From contig NIVC01000158.1 of NCBI GenBank assembly GCA_002269645.1, positions 248,001 to 312,000 of the forward strand: 64,000 nt of DNA, written 5' to 3'. The number at the start of each line of letters is the position of its first letter. The stretch's first letter is position 1. The stretch comes from Macrostomum lignano (taxonomy: Eukaryota). Position numbers and translations under genes: made by a program. A model generated the notes under the pieces. That model had not been told where the DNA came from, searched no databases, and saw only the letters and a list, made by a program, of their open reading frames with translations. Shown one piece after another: positions 62,716 through 64,000 of the stretch.

Positions 62716-64000
62716 TGCGAGAGCAAGAAGCTTGAGCAACTGAAGCCACTCACAGAGACGAAAAAGTTGCCTGCATAAACGACACGGCGCGGAGCAAAGA
62801 GTGAAGCTGAAGCGATGTAGAAGCTGAAAGAGTTGCAGCTTAAGCTACTATCAGGCCATGAGTGGAGTCGGTGTGTGAGTGCGTGAGTGCGGCCGCGACA
62901 CGGTTTTGGCGGGGAGATGGAGGAGCGTGAGTGAAGGAGCAAGAGGTGGAGGCGCAGACAGGACTAATGGTGTTTAGCCGCGCTAGAAGCCTCAAGTGTA
63001 GCATCTGGAGTTCATTCTCTTTCCTGCAGCAGTTTCATATTAGCCCAGACAGACAAAGCGCCCGCCGACTACAAAGGGCGAGGAAAGGCTGGCTGTATGG
63101 GCGGCGAAGTTTGTTCCTTTAGAGCGGTTTGTCCCAGAATCCTATGAATTCCGGAAGTCTGTGTACTTTTTTAGGCTTGAGATGTTTGTTACCAAATAGC
63201 AAGGGTCATCATTCAAATGACTATCCCCTTCTTAAAAGGTCTCACCGATTGGTACGAACAGGGACCTGGCCAGGAAGGGAAAGGACAGCAGGAAGATGGT
63301 GTGCCCCACGTCAGTCTTGTACATCTGGTGATAGTAGCTCTGCATGCACACCGAGCTGATCTGGAATGTCCAGTCGTCCGCCGCGTAGGTGAAGAATATG
63401 GCGTACACCTGTCGCGACTTGAAGATCTCCTTCCAGGGTATGCGAAGCCTGCGGTGAGCAAACAGCACCTTCTTGGTGATGCTGGACTCCAGGTACAGTC
63501 GTTCCTGCTTGCCGAGATTCTTGTCCTTCAACGGTTTCTCGTCGATCAGGCGCCACCAGAAGATGCACCAGATCAGGCCGATGTTGGCGTAGATGTAGAA
63601 TACCACCGCCCAGCCCCAGTGGTTCTCGATCTCCTGGCACACGGGCAGGCCGATCAGCGGGCCGAGGGACACCCCGATGACGGCGAAGCACAGCAGGGAG
63701 GAGCGCTCGCCCTCCGGGCCCCAGAAGCGCATCACTCCAAACACAGCGGGGATGAGGCAGCCCTCCGCCAGACCCTGCAGCAGCCGGAGCACCACAATCA
63801 CCGTGATTGAAGCGGAGATGTCGGCCGTAATCTGCGTCACCAGCGGCAGGAACAGGTTGAGTCCGCAGGTGAGCGCCACGGAGCAGCCCAGCAGCAGGGA
63901 GCTGTCGTGGTGCACAGTCAGGTAGCCCCCGAGCGGGCTGGCCACCAGGTAACCAATAAACACCGAGTTCTCAATCAGATCGTTGGCCGTGTTCTGCCAG
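51567..64000 (-). CDS. SLC17 family (VGLUT/EAT-4-like) MFS transporter; 5' end lies beyond the window
   Basis: Exons >64000-63246 (RLLQGLAEG, IPWKEIFKSRQVYAI, WTF, VPIG), 56517-56353 (GCLADFL...TTIRKLLAGLGFG), 54925-54818 (GFSGLAVAGYAVNVIDLAPNFSGLVMGFANS) and 51811-51567 (LEWQVAL...YLVFASAEEQPW) join phase 1-1 and reproduce the VGLUT motif order. Confidence 0.92.
51825..53515. repeat. 14 bp / 27 bp minisatellite (GGGATTGTGAGGCT; GGGATTGTAAGGAAAGATTGTGAGGAT) in the last SLC17 intron
   Basis: 14-mers at both ends, 27-mer dimers in the centre; starts about 12 nt from the acceptor. Confidence 0.96.
54399..54690. repeat. 29 bp minisatellite (AACCATAGAGGGAGTGGAGAGGCAGCTTC)
   Basis: About 9-10 copies. 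Confidence 0.92.
56640..57275. repeat. ~60 bp minisatellite (…TTGCTGCAAATGTACAGCCATCAATAGAAGCCTGG…)
   Basis: About 10 copies; a stray unit occurs at 58681-58725. Confidence 0.93.
57276..58680 (-). mobile_element. ~1.4 kb insertion into the 60-bp array with a possible decayed LINE reverse-transcriptase remnant
   Basis: Flanked by gaggttgctgc (57265-57275) and gaggtttctgc (58681-58691); minus strand near 58520-58630 reads VQSVTLYYCGT...RQKQQLRSVL, loosely like the C-terminal part of RTE-type RT. Confidence 0.35.
58760..61890. repeat. 14 bp minisatellite (AGAGACCAGAGCAC), about 3.1 kb
   Basis: About 220 copies with CAT/CACGG/GATC variants; nearly homogeneous from about 61560 to 61860. Confidence 0.98.
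62661..62712. repeat. (AG)n microsatellite
   Basis: About 26 AG units. Confidence 0.95.

Noticed and set aside
63217-63810. 197 aa plus-strand ORF
   Set aside because: Antisense shadow of the SLC17 exon

Overview
Eukaryotic (metazoan) genomic DNA. GC-rich exons, GT-AG introns and very dense minisatellites suggest a Macrostomum-like flatworm; this is inference and cannot be proven from the window. Six spliced protein-coding genes were reconstructed by hand with phase-consistent splice junctions: AGFG1/drongo-like ArfGAP (minus, runs off the left edge), PRKCSH (plus), USP20/33 (plus), MePCE/Bin3 (plus), flotillin-2 (minus) and a divergent VGLUT-like SLC17 transporter (minus, runs off the right edge). 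About 25 different tandem arrays (units mostly 14-60 bp) cover roughly 23-24 kb, or about 37% of the window by hand estimate. The main pattern is that most introns flanked by GC3-rich exons look like a ~75-100 nt minimal intron inflated by its own private minisatellite. Several repeat units resemble splice signals, and AT-rich 5' exons and their introns largely lack arrays. Other points of interest are a nested MULE-type transposon carrying two arrays (one repeating GCCACCATG >100 times), a probable GC-AG intron, and an SLC17 protein with acidic residues at two positions that are cationic in VGLUTs. There is no CRISPR array, rRNA gene or convincing tRNA gene.
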